DNA from: Eledone cirrhosa
Taxonomy: Eukaryota
Length of the DNA: 64,000 nt
NCBI GenBank assembly: GCA_964016885.1
Contig: CAXHJY010000096.1
Location: 2,854,892-2,918,891, forward strand
Direction: 5' to 3'
Position 1 is the stretch's first letter, and each line of letters begins with the position of its first letter. The position numbers were made by a program, and so were the translations under genes. The notes beneath the pieces are model-generated. The model did not search any database and was not told the DNA's origin. It was given only the letters and a program-made list of their open reading frames with translations. Shown here piece after piece: positions 1 through 13,300 of this stretch.

Positions 1-3000
1 CAAGGAGACATATTTTCCAGCCGTCCAAGGAGAGGTAATTCCTAGCCGTCCAAGGGGAGATAAATTCCAGCCTCCAAGGGGAGATAATTTCCAGCCAGCC
101 AAGGGGAGATAATTTGTAAAAAAAATCAGGGGGAGATAATTTGTAAAAAAAATCAGGGGGAGATAATTTGTAAAAAAAAATCAGGGGGAGATAATTTGTA
201 AAAAATAATCAGGGGGAGATAATTTGTAAAAAAAATCAAGGGGAGATAATTTCCAGCCGTCCAAGGGGAGATAATTTTCAGCCGTCCAAGGGGAGATAAT
301 TTCCCGCCAGCCAAGGGAAGATAATATTTAAAAAAATTAGGCGGAGATAATTTGTAAAAAAAATCAGGGGGAGATAATTTGTAAAAAAATCAGGGGGAGA
401 TAATTTGTAAAAAAAATCAGGGGGAGATAATTTGTAAAAAAAATCAGGGGGAGATAATTTGTAAAAAAAAATCAGGGGGAGATAATTTGTAAAAAAAATC
501 AAGGGGAGATAATTTCCAGCCGTCCAAGGGAAGATAATTTCCAGCCCTCCAAGGGGCTATAATTTCCAGCGTCCAAGGGGAGATAATTTCCAGCCAGCGA
601 AGGGGAGATAATTTTTTTAAAAAAATCATTGGGAGATTTGTAAAAAAAATCAGGGGGAGATAATTTGTAAAAAAAATCAAGGGGAGATAATTTCCAGCCG
701 TCCAAGGGGAGGTAATATCTAGCCGTCCAAGGGGAGATAATTTCCAGCCGTCCAAGGGGAGATAATTTCCAGCCGTCCAAGGGTAGATAATATCCAGCCG
801 TCCAAGGACATATTTTCCAGCCGTCCAAGGAGAGGTAATTTCAAGCCGTCCAAGGGGAGATAAATTCCAGCCTCCAAGGTGAGATAATTTCCAGCCAGCC
901 AAGGGGAGATAATTTGTAAAAAAATCAGGGGGAGATAATTTGTAAAAAAAATCAGGGGGAGATAATTTGTAAAAAAAAATCAGGGGGAGATAATTTGTAA
1001 AAAAAATCAGGGGGAGATAATTTGTAAAAAAAATCAGGGGGAGATAATTTGTAAAAAAAATCAAGGGGAGATAATTTCCAGCCGTCCAAGGGGAGATAAT
1101 TTCCCGCCAGCCAAGGGAAGATAATATTTAAAAAAATCAGGCGGAGATAATTTGTAAAAAAAATCAGGGGGAGATAATTTGTAAAAAAATCAGGGGGAGA
1201 TAATTTGTAAAAAAAAAATCAGGGGGAGATAATTTGTAAAAAAAATCAGGGGGAGATAATTTGTAAAAAAAAATCAGGGGTAGATAAATTGTAAAAAAAA
1301 ATCAGGGGGAGATAATTTGTAAAAAAAATCAGGGGGAGATAATTTGTAAAAAAAATGAAAGGGGAGATAATATCCAGCCGTCCAAGGGGAGATAATTTCC
1401 AGCCGTCCAAGGGGAGATAATTTCCAGCCGTCCAAGGGGAGATAATTTCCATCCTTCCAAGGGGATATAATTTCCAGCCGTCCAAGGGGAGATAATTTCC
1501 CGCCAGCCAAGGGAAGATAATTTTTAAAAAAATCAGGCGGAGATTGTAAAAAAAATCAGGGGGGAGATAATTTGTAAAAAAATCAGGGGGAGATAATTTG
1601 TAAAAAATAATCAGGGGGAGATAATTTGTAAAAAAAAATCAAGGGGAGATAATTTCCAGCCGTCCAAGGGGAGATAATTTCCCGCCAGCCAAGGGAAGAT
1701 AATATTTAAAAAAATTAGGCGGAGATAATTTGTAAAAAAAATCAGGGGGAGATAATTTGTAAAAAAATCAGGGGGAGATAATTTGTAAAAAAAATCAGGG
1801 GGAGATAATTTGTAAAAAAAATCATGGGGAGATAATTTGTAAAAAAAAATCAGGGGTAGATAATTTGTAAAAAAAAATCAGGGGGAGATAATTTGTAAAA
1901 AAAAATCAGGGGGAGATAATTTGTAAAAAAAATCAAGGGGAGATAATTTCCAGCCGTCCAAGGGGAGATAATTTTCAGCTGTCCAAGGAGAGGTAATTTC
2001 TAGCCGTCCAAGGGGAGATAATTTCCAGCCGTCCAAGGGGAGGTAATTTCCAGCCGTCCAAGGGGAGATAATTTAAAAAAAAAAATCAGGCGGAGATAAT
2101 TTGTAAAAAAAATCAAGGGGAGATAATTTGCAGCCGTCCAAGGGGAGATAATTTTCAGTCGTCCAAGGAGAGGTAATTTCTAGCCGTCCAAGGGGAGATA
2201 ATTGCCAGCCGTCCAAGGGGAGATAATTTCCAGCCGTCCAAGGGGAGATAATTTTTTTTAAAAAATCAGGCGGAGATAATTTGTAAAAAAAATCAGGGGG
2301 AGATAATTTGTAAAAAAAATCAGGGGGAGATAATTTGTAAAAAAAAATCAGGGGTAGATAATTTGTAAAAAAAAATCAGGGGGAGATAATTTGTAAAAAA
2401 AATCAAGGGGAGATAATTTCCAGCCGTCCAAGGGAAGATAATTTCCAGCCCTCCAAGGGGCTATAATTTCCAGCGTCCAAGGGGAGATAATTTCCAGCCA
2501 GCGAAGGGGAGATAATTTTTTAAAAAAAATCATTGGGAGATTTGTAAAAAAAATCAGGGGGAGATAATTTGTAAAAAAAATCAAGGGGAGATAATTTCCA
2601 GCCGTCCAAGGGGAGGTAATATCTAGCCGTCCAAGGGTAGATAATTTCCAGCCGTCCAACGGGAGATAATTTCCAGCCGTCCAAGGGTAGATAATATCCA
2701 GCCGCCCAAGGACATATTTTCCAGCCGTCCAAGGAGAGGTAATTTCTAGCCGTCCAAGGGGAGATAATTTCCAGCCGTCCAAGGGTAGATAATATCCAGC
2801 CGTCCAAGGACATATTTTCCAGCCGTCCAAGGAGAGGTAATTTCTAGCCGTCCAAGGGGAGATAAATTCCAGCCTCCAAGGGGAGATAATTTCCAGCCAG
2901 CCAAGGGGAGATAATTTGTAAAAAAATCAGGGGGAGATAATTTGTAAAAAAAATCAGGGGGAGATAATTTGTAAAAAAAAATCAGGGGGAGATAATTTGT

Positions 3001-6000
3001 AAAAAAAAATCAGGGGGAGATAATTTGCAAAAAAAATCAGGGGGAGATAATTTGTAAAAAAAAATCAGGGGTAGATAATTTGTAAAAAAAAATCAGGGGG
3101 AGATAATTTGTAAAAAAAAATCAGGGGGAGATAATTTGTAAAAAAAATCAAGGGGAGATAATTTCCAGCCGTCCAAGGAGAGATAATTTTAAAAAAAATC
3201 AGGCGGAGATAATTTGTAAAAAAAAATCAGGGGGAGATAATTTGTAAAAAAAAATCAGGGGGAGATAATTTGTAAAAAAAAATCAGGGGGAGATAATTTG
3301 TAAAAAAAATCAGGAGGAGATAATTTGTAAAAAAAATCAAGGGGAGATAATTTCCAGCCGTCCAAGGAGAGATAATTTAAAAAAAAATCAGGCGGAGATA
3401 ATTTGTAAAAAAAAATCAGGGGGAGATAATTTGTAAAAAAAAATCAGGGGGAGATAATTTGTAAAAAAAATCAAGGGGAGATAATTTCCAGCCGTCCAAG
3501 GGGAGATAATTTTCAGCCGTCCAAGGGGAGATAATTTCCCGCCAGCCAAGGGAAGATAATATTCAAAAAAATCAGACGGAGATAATTTGTAAAAAAAATC
3601 AGGGGGAGATAATTTGTAAAAAAATCAGGGGGAGATAATTTGTAAAAAAAAAAATCAGGGGGAGATAATTTTTAAAAAAAATCAGGGGGAGATAATTTGT
3701 AAAAAAAAATCAGGGGTAGATAATTTGTAAAAAAAAATCAGGGGGAGATAATTTGTAAAAAAAAATCAGGGGGAGATAACTTGTAAAAAAAATGAAAGGG
3801 GAGATAATATCCAGCCGTCCAAGGGGAGATAATTTCCAGCCGTCCAAGGGGAGATAATTTCCAGCCGTCCAAGGGGAGATAATTTCCATCCTTCCAAGGG
3901 GATATAATTTCCAGCCGTCCAAGGGGAGATAATTTCCATCCTTCCAAGGGGATATAATTTCCAGCCGTCCAAGGGGAGATAATTTTCAGCCGTCCAAGGA
4001 GAGGTAATTTCTAGCCGTCCAAGGAGAGATAATTTCCAGCCGTCCAAGGGGAGATAATTTCCAGCCGTCCAAGGGGAGATAATTTCCAGCCGTCCAAGGA
4101 GACATATTTTCCAGCCGTCCAAGGAGAGGTAATTCCTAGCCGTCCAAGGGGAGATAAATTCCAGCCTCCAAGGGGAGATAATTTCCAGCCAGCCAAGGGG
4201 AGATAATTTGTAAAAAAAATCAGGGGGAGATAATTTGTAAAAAAAATCAGGGGGAGATAATTTGTAAAAAAAAATCAGGGGTAGATAATTTGTAAAAAAT
4301 AATCAGGGGGAGATAATTTGTAAAAAAAATCAAGGGGAGATAATTTCCAGCCGTCCAAGGGGAGATAATTTTCAGCCGTCCAAGGGGAGATAATTTCCCG
4401 CCAGCCAAGGGAAGATAATATTTAAAAAAATTAGGCGGAGATAATTTGTAAAAAAAATCAGGGGGAGATAATTTGTAAAAAAATCAGGGGGAGATAATTT
4501 GTAAAAAAAATCAGGGGGAGATAATTTGTAAAAAAAATCAGGGGGAGATAATTTGTAAAAAAAAATCAGGGGGAGATAATTTGTAAAAAAAATCAAGGGG
4601 AGATAATTTCCAGCCGTCCAAGGGAAGATAATTTCCAGCCCTCCAAGGGGCTATAATTTCCAGCGTCCAAGGGGAGATAATTTCCAGCCAGCGAAGGGGA
4701 GATAATTTTTTTTTTAAAATCATTGGGAGATTTGTAAAAAAAATCAGGGGGAGATAATTTGTAAAAAAAATCAAGGGGAGATAATTTCCAGCCGTCCAAG
4801 GGGAGGTAATATCTAGCCGTCCAAGGGGAGATAATTTCCAGCCGTCCAAGGGGAGATAATTTCCAGCCGTCCAAGGGTAGATAATATCCAGCCGTCCAAG
4901 GACATATTTTCCAGCCGTCCAAGGAGAGGTAATTTCTAGCCGTCCAAGGGGAGATAAATTCCAGCCTCCAAGGTGAGATAATTTCCAGCCAGCCAAGGGG
5001 AGATAATTTGTAAAAAAATCAGGGGGAGATAATTTGTAAAAAAAATCAGGGGGAGATAATTTGTAAAAAAAAATCAGGGGGAGATAATTTGTAAAAAAAA
5101 TCAGGGGGAGATAATTTGTAAAAAAAAATCAGGGGGAGATAATTTGTAAAAAAAATCAAGGGGAGATAATTTCCAGCCGTCCAAGGGGAGATAATTTCCC
5201 GCCAGCCAAGGGAAGATAATATTTAAAAAAATCAGGCGGAGATAATTTGTAAAAAAAATCAGGGGGAGATAATTTGTAAAAAAATCAGGGGGAGATAATT
5301 TGTAAAAAAAAATCAGGGGGAGATAATTTGTAAAAAAATCAGGGGGAGATAATTTGTAAAAAAAAATCAGGGGTAGATAAATTGTAAAAAAAAATCAGGG
5401 GGAGATAATTTGTAAAAAAAATCAGGGGGAGATAATTTGTAAAAAAAATGAAAGGGGAGATAATATCCAGCCGTCCAAGGGGAGATAATTTCCAGCCGTC
5501 CAAGGGGAGATAATTTCCAGCCGTCCAAGGGGAGATAATTTCCATCCTTCCAAGGGGATATAATTTCCAGCCGTCCAAGGGGAGATAATTTCCCGCCAGC
5601 CAAGGGAAGATAATTTTTAAAAAAATCAGGCGGAGATTGTAAAAAAAATCAGGGGGGAGATAATTTGTAAAAAAATCAGGGGGAGATAATTTGTAAAAAA
5701 AAATCAGGGGGAGATAATTTGTAAAAAATAATCAGGGGGAGATAATTTGTAAAAAAAAATCAAGGGGAGATAATTTCCAGCCGTCCAAGGGGAGGTAATA
5801 TCTAGCCGTCCAAGGGGAGATAATTTCCAGCCGTCCAACGGGAGATAATTTCCAGCCGTCCATGGGTAGATAATATCCAGCCGCCCAAGGACATATTTTC
5901 CAGCCGTCCAAGGAGAGGTAATTTCTAGCCGTCCAAAGGGAGATAATTACAGCCGTCCAAGGGTAGATAATATCCAGCCGTCCAAGGACATATTTTCCAG

Positions 6001-7964
6001 CCGTCCAAGGAGAGGTAATTTCTAGCCGTCCAAGGGGAGATAAATTCCAGCCTCCAAGGGGAGATAATTTCCAGCCAGCCAAGGGGAGATAATTTGTAAA
6101 AAAATCAGGGGGAGATAATTTGTAAAAAAAATCAGGGGGAGATAATTTGTAAAAAAAAATCAGGGGGAGATAATTTGTAAAAAAAAATCAGGGGGAGATA
6201 ATTTGCAAAAAAAATCAGGGGGAGATAATTTGTAAAAAAAAATCAGGGGTAGATAATTTGTAAAAAAAAATCAGGGGGAGATAATTTGTAAAAAAAAATC
6301 AGGGGGAGATAATTTGTAAAAAAAATCAAGGGGAGATAATTTCCAGCCGTCCAAGGGAAGATAATTTCCAGCCCTCCAAGGGGCTATAATTTCCAGCGTC
6401 CAAGGGGAGATAATTTCCAGCCAGCGAAGGGGAGATAATTTTTTTTAAAAAATCATTGGGAGATTTGTAAAAAAAATCAGGGGGAGATAATTTGTAAAAA
6501 AAATCAAGGGGAGATAATTTCCAGCCGTCCAAGGGGAGGTAATATCAAGCCGTCTAAGGGGAGATAATTTCCAGCCGTCCAACGGGAGATAATTTCCAGC
6601 CGTCCATGGGTAGATAATATCCAGCCGCCCAAGGACATATTTTCCAGCCGTCCAAGGAGAGGTAATTTCTAGCCGTCCAAGGGGAGATAATTTCCAGCCG
6701 TCCAAGGGTAGATAATATCCAGCCGTCCAAGGACATATTTTCCAGCCGTCCAAGGAGAGGTAATTTCTAGCCGTCCAAGGGGAGATAAATTCCAGCCTCC
6801 AAGGGGAGATAATTTCCAGCCAGCCAAGGGGAGATAATTTGTAAAAAAATCAGGGGGAGATAATTTGTAAAAAAAATCAGGGGGAGATAATTTGTAAAAA
6901 AAAATCAGGGGGAGATAATTTGTAAAAAAAAATCAGGGGGAGAAAATTTGCAAAAAAAATCAGGGGGAGATAATTTGTAAAAAAAAATCAGGGGTAGATA
7001 ATTTGTAAAAAAAAATCAGGGGGAGATAATTTGTAAAAAAAAATCAGGGGGAGATAATTTGTAAAAAAAATCAAGGGGAGATAATTTCCAGCCGTCCAAG
7101 GAGAGATAATTTAAAAATAAATCAGGCGGAGATAATTTGTAAAAAAAAATCAGGGGGAGATAATTTGTAAAAAAAATCAGGGGGAGATAATTTGTAAAAA
7201 AAAATCAGGGGTAGATAATTTGTAAAAAAAAATCAGGGGGAGATAATTTGTAAAAAAAAATCAGGGGGAGATAATTTGTAAAAAAAATCAAGGGGAGATA
7301 ATTTCCAGCCGTCCAAGGAGAGATAATTTAAAAAAAAATCAGGGGGAGATAATTTGTAAAAAAAATCAAGGGGAGATAATTTCCAGCCGTCCAAGGGGAG
7401 ATAATTTTCAGCCGTCCAAGGGGAGATAATTTCCCGCCAGCCAAGGGAAGATAATATTCAAAAAAATCAGGCGGAGATAATTTGTAAAAAAAATCAGGGG
7501 GAGATAATTTGTAAAAAAATCAGGGGGAGATAATTTGTAAAAAAAAAAATCAGGGGGAGATAATTTGTAAAAAAAATCAGGGGGAGATAATTTGTAAAAA
7601 AAAATCAGGGGTAGATAATTTGTAAAAAAAAATCAGGGGGAGATAATTTGTAAAAAAAAATCAGGGGGAGATAATTTGTAAAAAAAATGAAAGGGGAGAT
7701 AATATCCAGCCGTCCAAGGGGAGATAATTTCCAGCCGTCCAAGGGGAGATAATTTCCATCCTTCCAAGGGGATATAATTTCCAGCCGTCCAAGGGGAGAT
7801 AATTTCCATCCTTCCAAGGGGATATAATTTCCAGCCGTCCAAGGGGAGATAATTTTCAGCCGTCCAAGGAGAGGTAATTTCTAGCCGTCCAAGGAGAGAT
7901 AATTTCCAGCCGTCCAAGGGGAGATAATTTCCAGCCGTCCAAGGGGAGATAATTTCCAGCCGTC
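1..7964 (+). repeat. Imperfect ~4 kb higher-order units (1-4094 and 4095-7964)
   Basis: The landmark CAAGGAGACATATTTTCCAGCCGTCCAAGGAGAGGTAATTC recurs at 1, 4095 and 7965. ORF-track twins are offset 4093-4094 (278/4372, 499/4593, 1246/5339, 1274/5367). The middle parts of the two units differ in module content. Confidence 0.75.
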
Positions 7965-9390
7965 CAAGGAGACATATTTTCCAGCCGTCCAAGGAGAGGT
8001 AATTCCTAGCCGTCCAAGGGGAGATAAATTCCAGCCTCCAAGGGGAGATAATTTCCAGCCAGCCAAGGGGAGATAATTTGTAAAAAAAATCAGGGGGAGA
8101 TAATTTGTAAAAAAAATCAGGGGGAGATAATTTGTAAAGAAATCAGGGGGAGATAATTTGTAAAAAAAATCAGGGGGAGATAATTTGTAAAAAAAATCAG
8201 GGGGAGATAATTTGTAAAAAAAAATCAGGGGGAGATAATTTGTAAAAAAAGTCAAGGGGAGATAATTTCCAGCCGTCCAAGGGAAGATAATTTCCAGCCC
8301 TCCAAGGGGCTATAATTTCCAGCGTCCAAGGGGAGATAATTTCCAGCCAGCGAAGGGGAGATAATTTTTTTAAAAAAATCATTGGGAGATTTGTAAAAAA
8401 ATCAGGGGGAGATAATTTGTAAAAAAAATCAAGGGGAGATAATTTCCAGCCGTCCAAGGGGAGGTAATATCTAGCCGTCCAAGGGGTGATAATTTCCAGC
8501 CGTCCAAGGGGAGATAATTTCCAGCCGTCCAAGGGTAGATAATATCCAGCCGTCCAAGGACATATTTTCCAGCCGTCCAAGGAGAGGTAATTTCTAGCCG
8601 TCCAAGGGGAGATAAATTCCAGCCTCCAAGGTGAGATAATTTCCAGCCAGCCAAGGGGAGATAATTTGTAAAAAAATCAGGGGGAGATAATTTGTAAAAA
8701 AAATCAGGGGGAGATAATTTGTAAAAAAAAATCAGGGGGAGATAATTTGTAAAAAAAATCAAGGGGAGATAATTTCCAGCCGTCCAAGGGGAGATAATTT
8801 TCAGCCGTCCAAGGGGAGATAATTTCCCGCCAGCCAAAGGAAGATAATATTTAAAAAAATCAGGCGGAGATAATTTGTAAAAAAAATCAGGGGGAGATAA
8901 TTTGTAAAAAAATCAGGGGGAGATAATTTGTAAAAAAAAAATCAGGGGGAGATAATTTGTAAAAAAAATCAGGGGGAGATAATTTGTAAAAAAAAATCAG
9001 GGGTAGATGAATTGTAAAAAAAAATCAGGGGGAGATAATTTGTAAAAAAAATCAGGGGGAGATAATTTGTAAAAAAAATGAAAGGGGAGATAATATCCAG
9101 CCGTCCAAGGGGAGATAATTTCCAGCCGTCCAAGGGGAGATAATTTCCAGCCGTCCAAGGGGAGATAATTTCCATCCTTCCAAGGGGATATAATTTCCAG
9201 CCGTCCAAGGGGAGATAATTTCCCGCCAGCCAAGGGAAGATAATATTTAAAAAAATTAGGCGGAGATAATTTGTAAAAAAAATCAGGGGGAGATAATTTG
9301 TAAAAAATCAGGGGGAGATAATTTGTAAAAAAAATCAGGGGGAGATAATTTGTAAAAAAAATCATGGGGAGATAATTTGTAAAAAAAAAT

Positions 9391-10386
9391 CAGGGGTAGA
9401 TAATTTGTAAAAAAAAATCAGGGGGAGATAATTTGTAAAAAAAAATCAGGGGGAGATAATTTGTAAAAAAAATCAAGGGGAGATAATTTCCAGCCGTCCA
9501 AGGGGAGATAATTTTCAGCCGTCCAAGGAGAGGTAATTTCTAGCCGTCCAAGGGGAGATAATTTCCAGCCGTCCAAGGGGAGGTAATTTCCAGCCGTCCA
9601 AGGGGAGATAATTTTAAAAAAAAAATCAGGCGGAGATAATTTGTAAAAAAAATCAAGGGGAGATAATTTGCAGCCGTCCAAGGGGAGATAATTTTCAGTC
9701 GTCCAAGGAGAGGTAATTTCTAGCCGTCCAAGGGGAGATAATTGCCAGCCGTCCAAGGGGAGATAATTTCCAGCCGTCCAAGGGGAGATAATTTTTTTTA
9801 AAAAATCAGGCGGAGATAATTTGTAAAAAAAATCAGGGGGAGATAATTTGTAAACAAAATCAGGGGGAGATAATTTGTAAAAAAAAATCAGGGGTAGATA
9901 ATTTGTAAAAAAAAATCAGGGGGAGATAATTTGTAAAAAAAAATCAGGGGGAGATAATTTGTAAAAAAAATCAAGGGGAGATAATTTCCAGCCGTCCAAG
10001 GGGAGATAATTTTCAGCCGTCCAAGGAGAGGTAATTTCTAGCCGTCCAAGGGGAGATAATTTCCAGCCGTCCAAGGGGAGGTAATTTCCAGCCGTCCAAG
10101 GGGAGATAATTTAAAAAAAAAAATCAGGCGGAGATAATTTGTAAAAAAAATCAAGGGGAGATAATTTGCAGCCGTCCAAGGGGAGATAATTTTCAGTCGT
10201 CCAAGGAGAGGTAATTTCTAGCCGTCCAAGGGGAGATAATTGCCAGCCGTCCAAGGGGAGATAATTTCCAGCCGTCCAAGGGGAGATAATTTTTTTTAAA
10301 AAATCAGGCGGAGATAATTTGTAAAAAAAATCATTGGGAGATAATTTGTAAACAAAATCAGGGGGAGATAATTTGTAAAAAAAAAT
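9391..10386 (+). repeat. Local tandem duplication, 498-bp unit
   Basis: CAGGGGTAGA at 9391 and 9889. The rare variant ATTGCCAGCC is at 9741 and 10239. The variants TTTGCAGCC, CAGTCGTCC and GTAAACAAAA repeat in the same order. Confidence 0.85.
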
Positions 10387-13300
10387 CAGGGGGAGATAAT
10401 TTGTAAAAAAAATCATGGAGAGATAATTTCCAGCCGTCCAAGGGGAGATAATTTCCAGCCTTCCAAGGAGACATATTTTCCAGCCGTCCAAGGCGAGGTA
10501 ATTTCTAGCCGTCCAAGGGGAGATAAATTCCAGCCTCCAAGGGGAGATAATTTCCAGCCAGCCAAGTGGAGATAATTTGTAAAAAAATCAGGGGGAGATA
10601 ATTTGTAAAAAATATCAGGGAGATAATTTGTAAAAAAAAATCAGGGGGAGATAATTTGTAAAAAAAATCAGGGGGAGATAATTTGTAAAAAAAAATCAGG
10701 GGGAGATAATTTGTAAAAAAAATCAAGGGGAGATAATTTCCAGCCGTCCAAGGGGAGATAATTTTCAGCCGTCCAAGGGGAGATAATTTCCCGCCAGCCA
10801 AGGGAAGATAATATTTAAAAAAATCAGGCGGAGATAATTTGTAAAAAAAATCAGGGGGAGATAATTTGTAAAAAAATCAGGGGGAGATAATTTGTAAAAA
10901 AAAAATCAGGGGGAGATAATTTGTAAAAAAAATCAGGGGGAGATAATTTGTAAAAAAAAATCAGGGGTAGATAATTTGTAAACAAATATCAGGGGGAGAT
11001 AATTTGTAAAAAAAAATCAGGGGGAGATAATTTGTAAAAAAAATGAAAGGGGAGATAATATCCAGCCGTCCAAGGGGAGATAATTTCCAGCCGTCCAAGG
11101 GGATATAATTTCCAGCCGTCCAAGGGGAGATAATTTCCATCCTTCCAAGGGGATATAATTTCCAGCCGTCCAAGGGGAGATAATTTCCCGCCAGCCAAGG
11201 GAAGATAATTTTTAAAAAAATCAGGCGGAGATTGTAAAAAAAATCAGGGGGGAGATAATTTGTAAAAAAATCAGGGGGAGATAATTTGTAAAAAATAATC
11301 AGGGGGAGATAATTTGTAAAAAAATTCAAGGGGAGATAATTTCCAGCCGTCCAAGGGGAGATAATTTCCCGCCAGCCAAGGGAAGATAATATTTAAAAAA
11401 ATCAGGCGGAGATTGTAAAAAAAATCAGGGGGGAGATAATTTGTAAAAAAATCAGGGGGAGATAATTTGTAAAAAAAATCAGGGGGAGATAATTTGTAAA
11501 AAAATCAGGGGGAGATAATTTGTAAAAAAAATCAGGGGGAGATAATTTGTAAAAAAAATCATGGGGAGATAATTTGTAAAAAGAAATCAGGGGTAGATAA
11601 TTTGTAAAAAAAAATCAGGGGGAGATAATTTGTAAAAAAAAATCAGGGGGAGATAATTTGTAAAAAAAATCAAGGGGAGATAATATCCAGCCGTCCAAGG
11701 AGAGATAATTTTAAAAAAAAATGAGGCGGAGATAATTTGTAAAAAAAAAATCAGGGGGAGTTAATTTGTAAAAAAAAATGAGGGGGAGATAATTTGTAAA
11801 AAAAATCAAGGGGAGATAATTTCCAGCCGTCCAAGGGGAGATAATTTTCAGCCGTCCAAGGAGAGGTAATTTCTAGCCGTCCAAGGGGAGATAATTTCCA
11901 GCCGTCCAAGGGGAGGTAATTTCCAGCCGTCCAAGGGGAGATAATTTAAAAAAAAAAATCAGGCGGAGATAATTTGTAAAAAAAATCAAGGGGAGATAAT
12001 TTGCAGCCGTCCAAGGGGAGATAATTTTCAGTCGTCCAAGGAGAGGTAATTTCTAGCCGTCCAAGGGGAGATAATTTCCAGCCGTCCAAGGGGAGATAAT
12101 TTCCAGCCGTCCAAGGGGAGATAATTTTTTTTAAAAAATCAGGCGGAGATAATTTGTAAAAAAAATCAGGGGGAGATAATTTGTAAACAAAATCAGGGGG
12201 AGATAATTTGTAAAAAAAAATCAGGGGGAGATAATTTGTAAAAAAAATTAGGCGTAGATAATTTGTAAAAAAAAATCAGGGGGAGATAATTTGTAAAAAA
12301 AAATCAGGCGGAGATAATTTGTTTAAAAAATCAAGGGGAGATAATTTGCAGCCGTCCAAGGGGAGATAATTTTCAGCCGTCCAAGGAGAGGTAATTTCTA
12401 GCCGTTCAAGGGGAGATAATTTCCAGCCGTCCAAGGGGAGATAATTTCCAGCCGTCCAAGGGGAGATAATTTTTTTTTAAAAATCAGGCGGAGATAATTT
12501 GTAAAAAAAAATCAGGGGGAGATAATTCGTAAAAAAAAATCAGGGGGAGATAATTTGTAAAAAAAAATCAGGGGGAGATAATTTGTAAAAAAAATCAAGG
12601 GGAGATAATTTCCAGCCGTCCAAGGGGAGGTAATATCTAGCCGTCCAAGGGGAGATAATTTCCAGCCGTCCAAGGGGAGATAATTTCCAGCCGTCCAAGG
12701 GGAGATAATTTCCAGCCGTCCAAGGAGACATATTTTCCAGCCGTCCAAGGCGAGGTAATTTCTAGCCGTCCAAGGGGAGATAAATTCCAGCCTCCAAGGG
12801 GAGATAATTTCCAGCCAGCCAAGGGGAGATAATTTGTAAAAAAATCAGGGGGAGATAATTTGTAAAAAATATCAGGGAGATAATTTGTAAAAAAAAATCA
12901 GGGGGAGATAATTTGTAAAAAAAATCAGGGGGAGATAATTTGTAAAAAAAAATCAGGGGGAGATAATTTGTAAAAAAAATCAAGGGGAGATAATTTCCAG
13001 CCGTCCAAGGGGAGATAATTTTCAGCCGTCCAAAGAGAGGTAATTTCTAACCGTCCGAGGAGAGATAATTTCCAGCCGTCCAAGGGGAGATAATTTCCAG
13101 CCGTCCAAGGGGAGATAATTTCCAGCCGTCCAAGGAGACATATTTTCCAGCCGTCCAAGGAGAGGTAATTTCTAGCCGTCCAAGGGGAGATAAATTCCAG
13201 CCTCCAAGGGGAGATAATTTCCAGCCAGCCAAATGGAGATAATTTGTAAAAAAATCAGGGGGAGATAATTTGCAAAAAAAATCAGGGGGAGATAATTTGT

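Noticed and set aside
241-265. NF-kB/NFAT-like motif in GGGAGATAATTTCCA
   Set aside because: The spacing does not fit the 10-bp GGGRNWYYCC consensus, and TGGAAA alone is too short to be meaningful with the host unknown.
601-630. T-run/A-run dyads as intrinsic terminators or promoter boxes (TATAAT in GGGGATATAAT and GGGCTATAAT)
   Set aside because: There is no GC stem, no associated gene and no -35 element. These are single-base variants of the satellite core.
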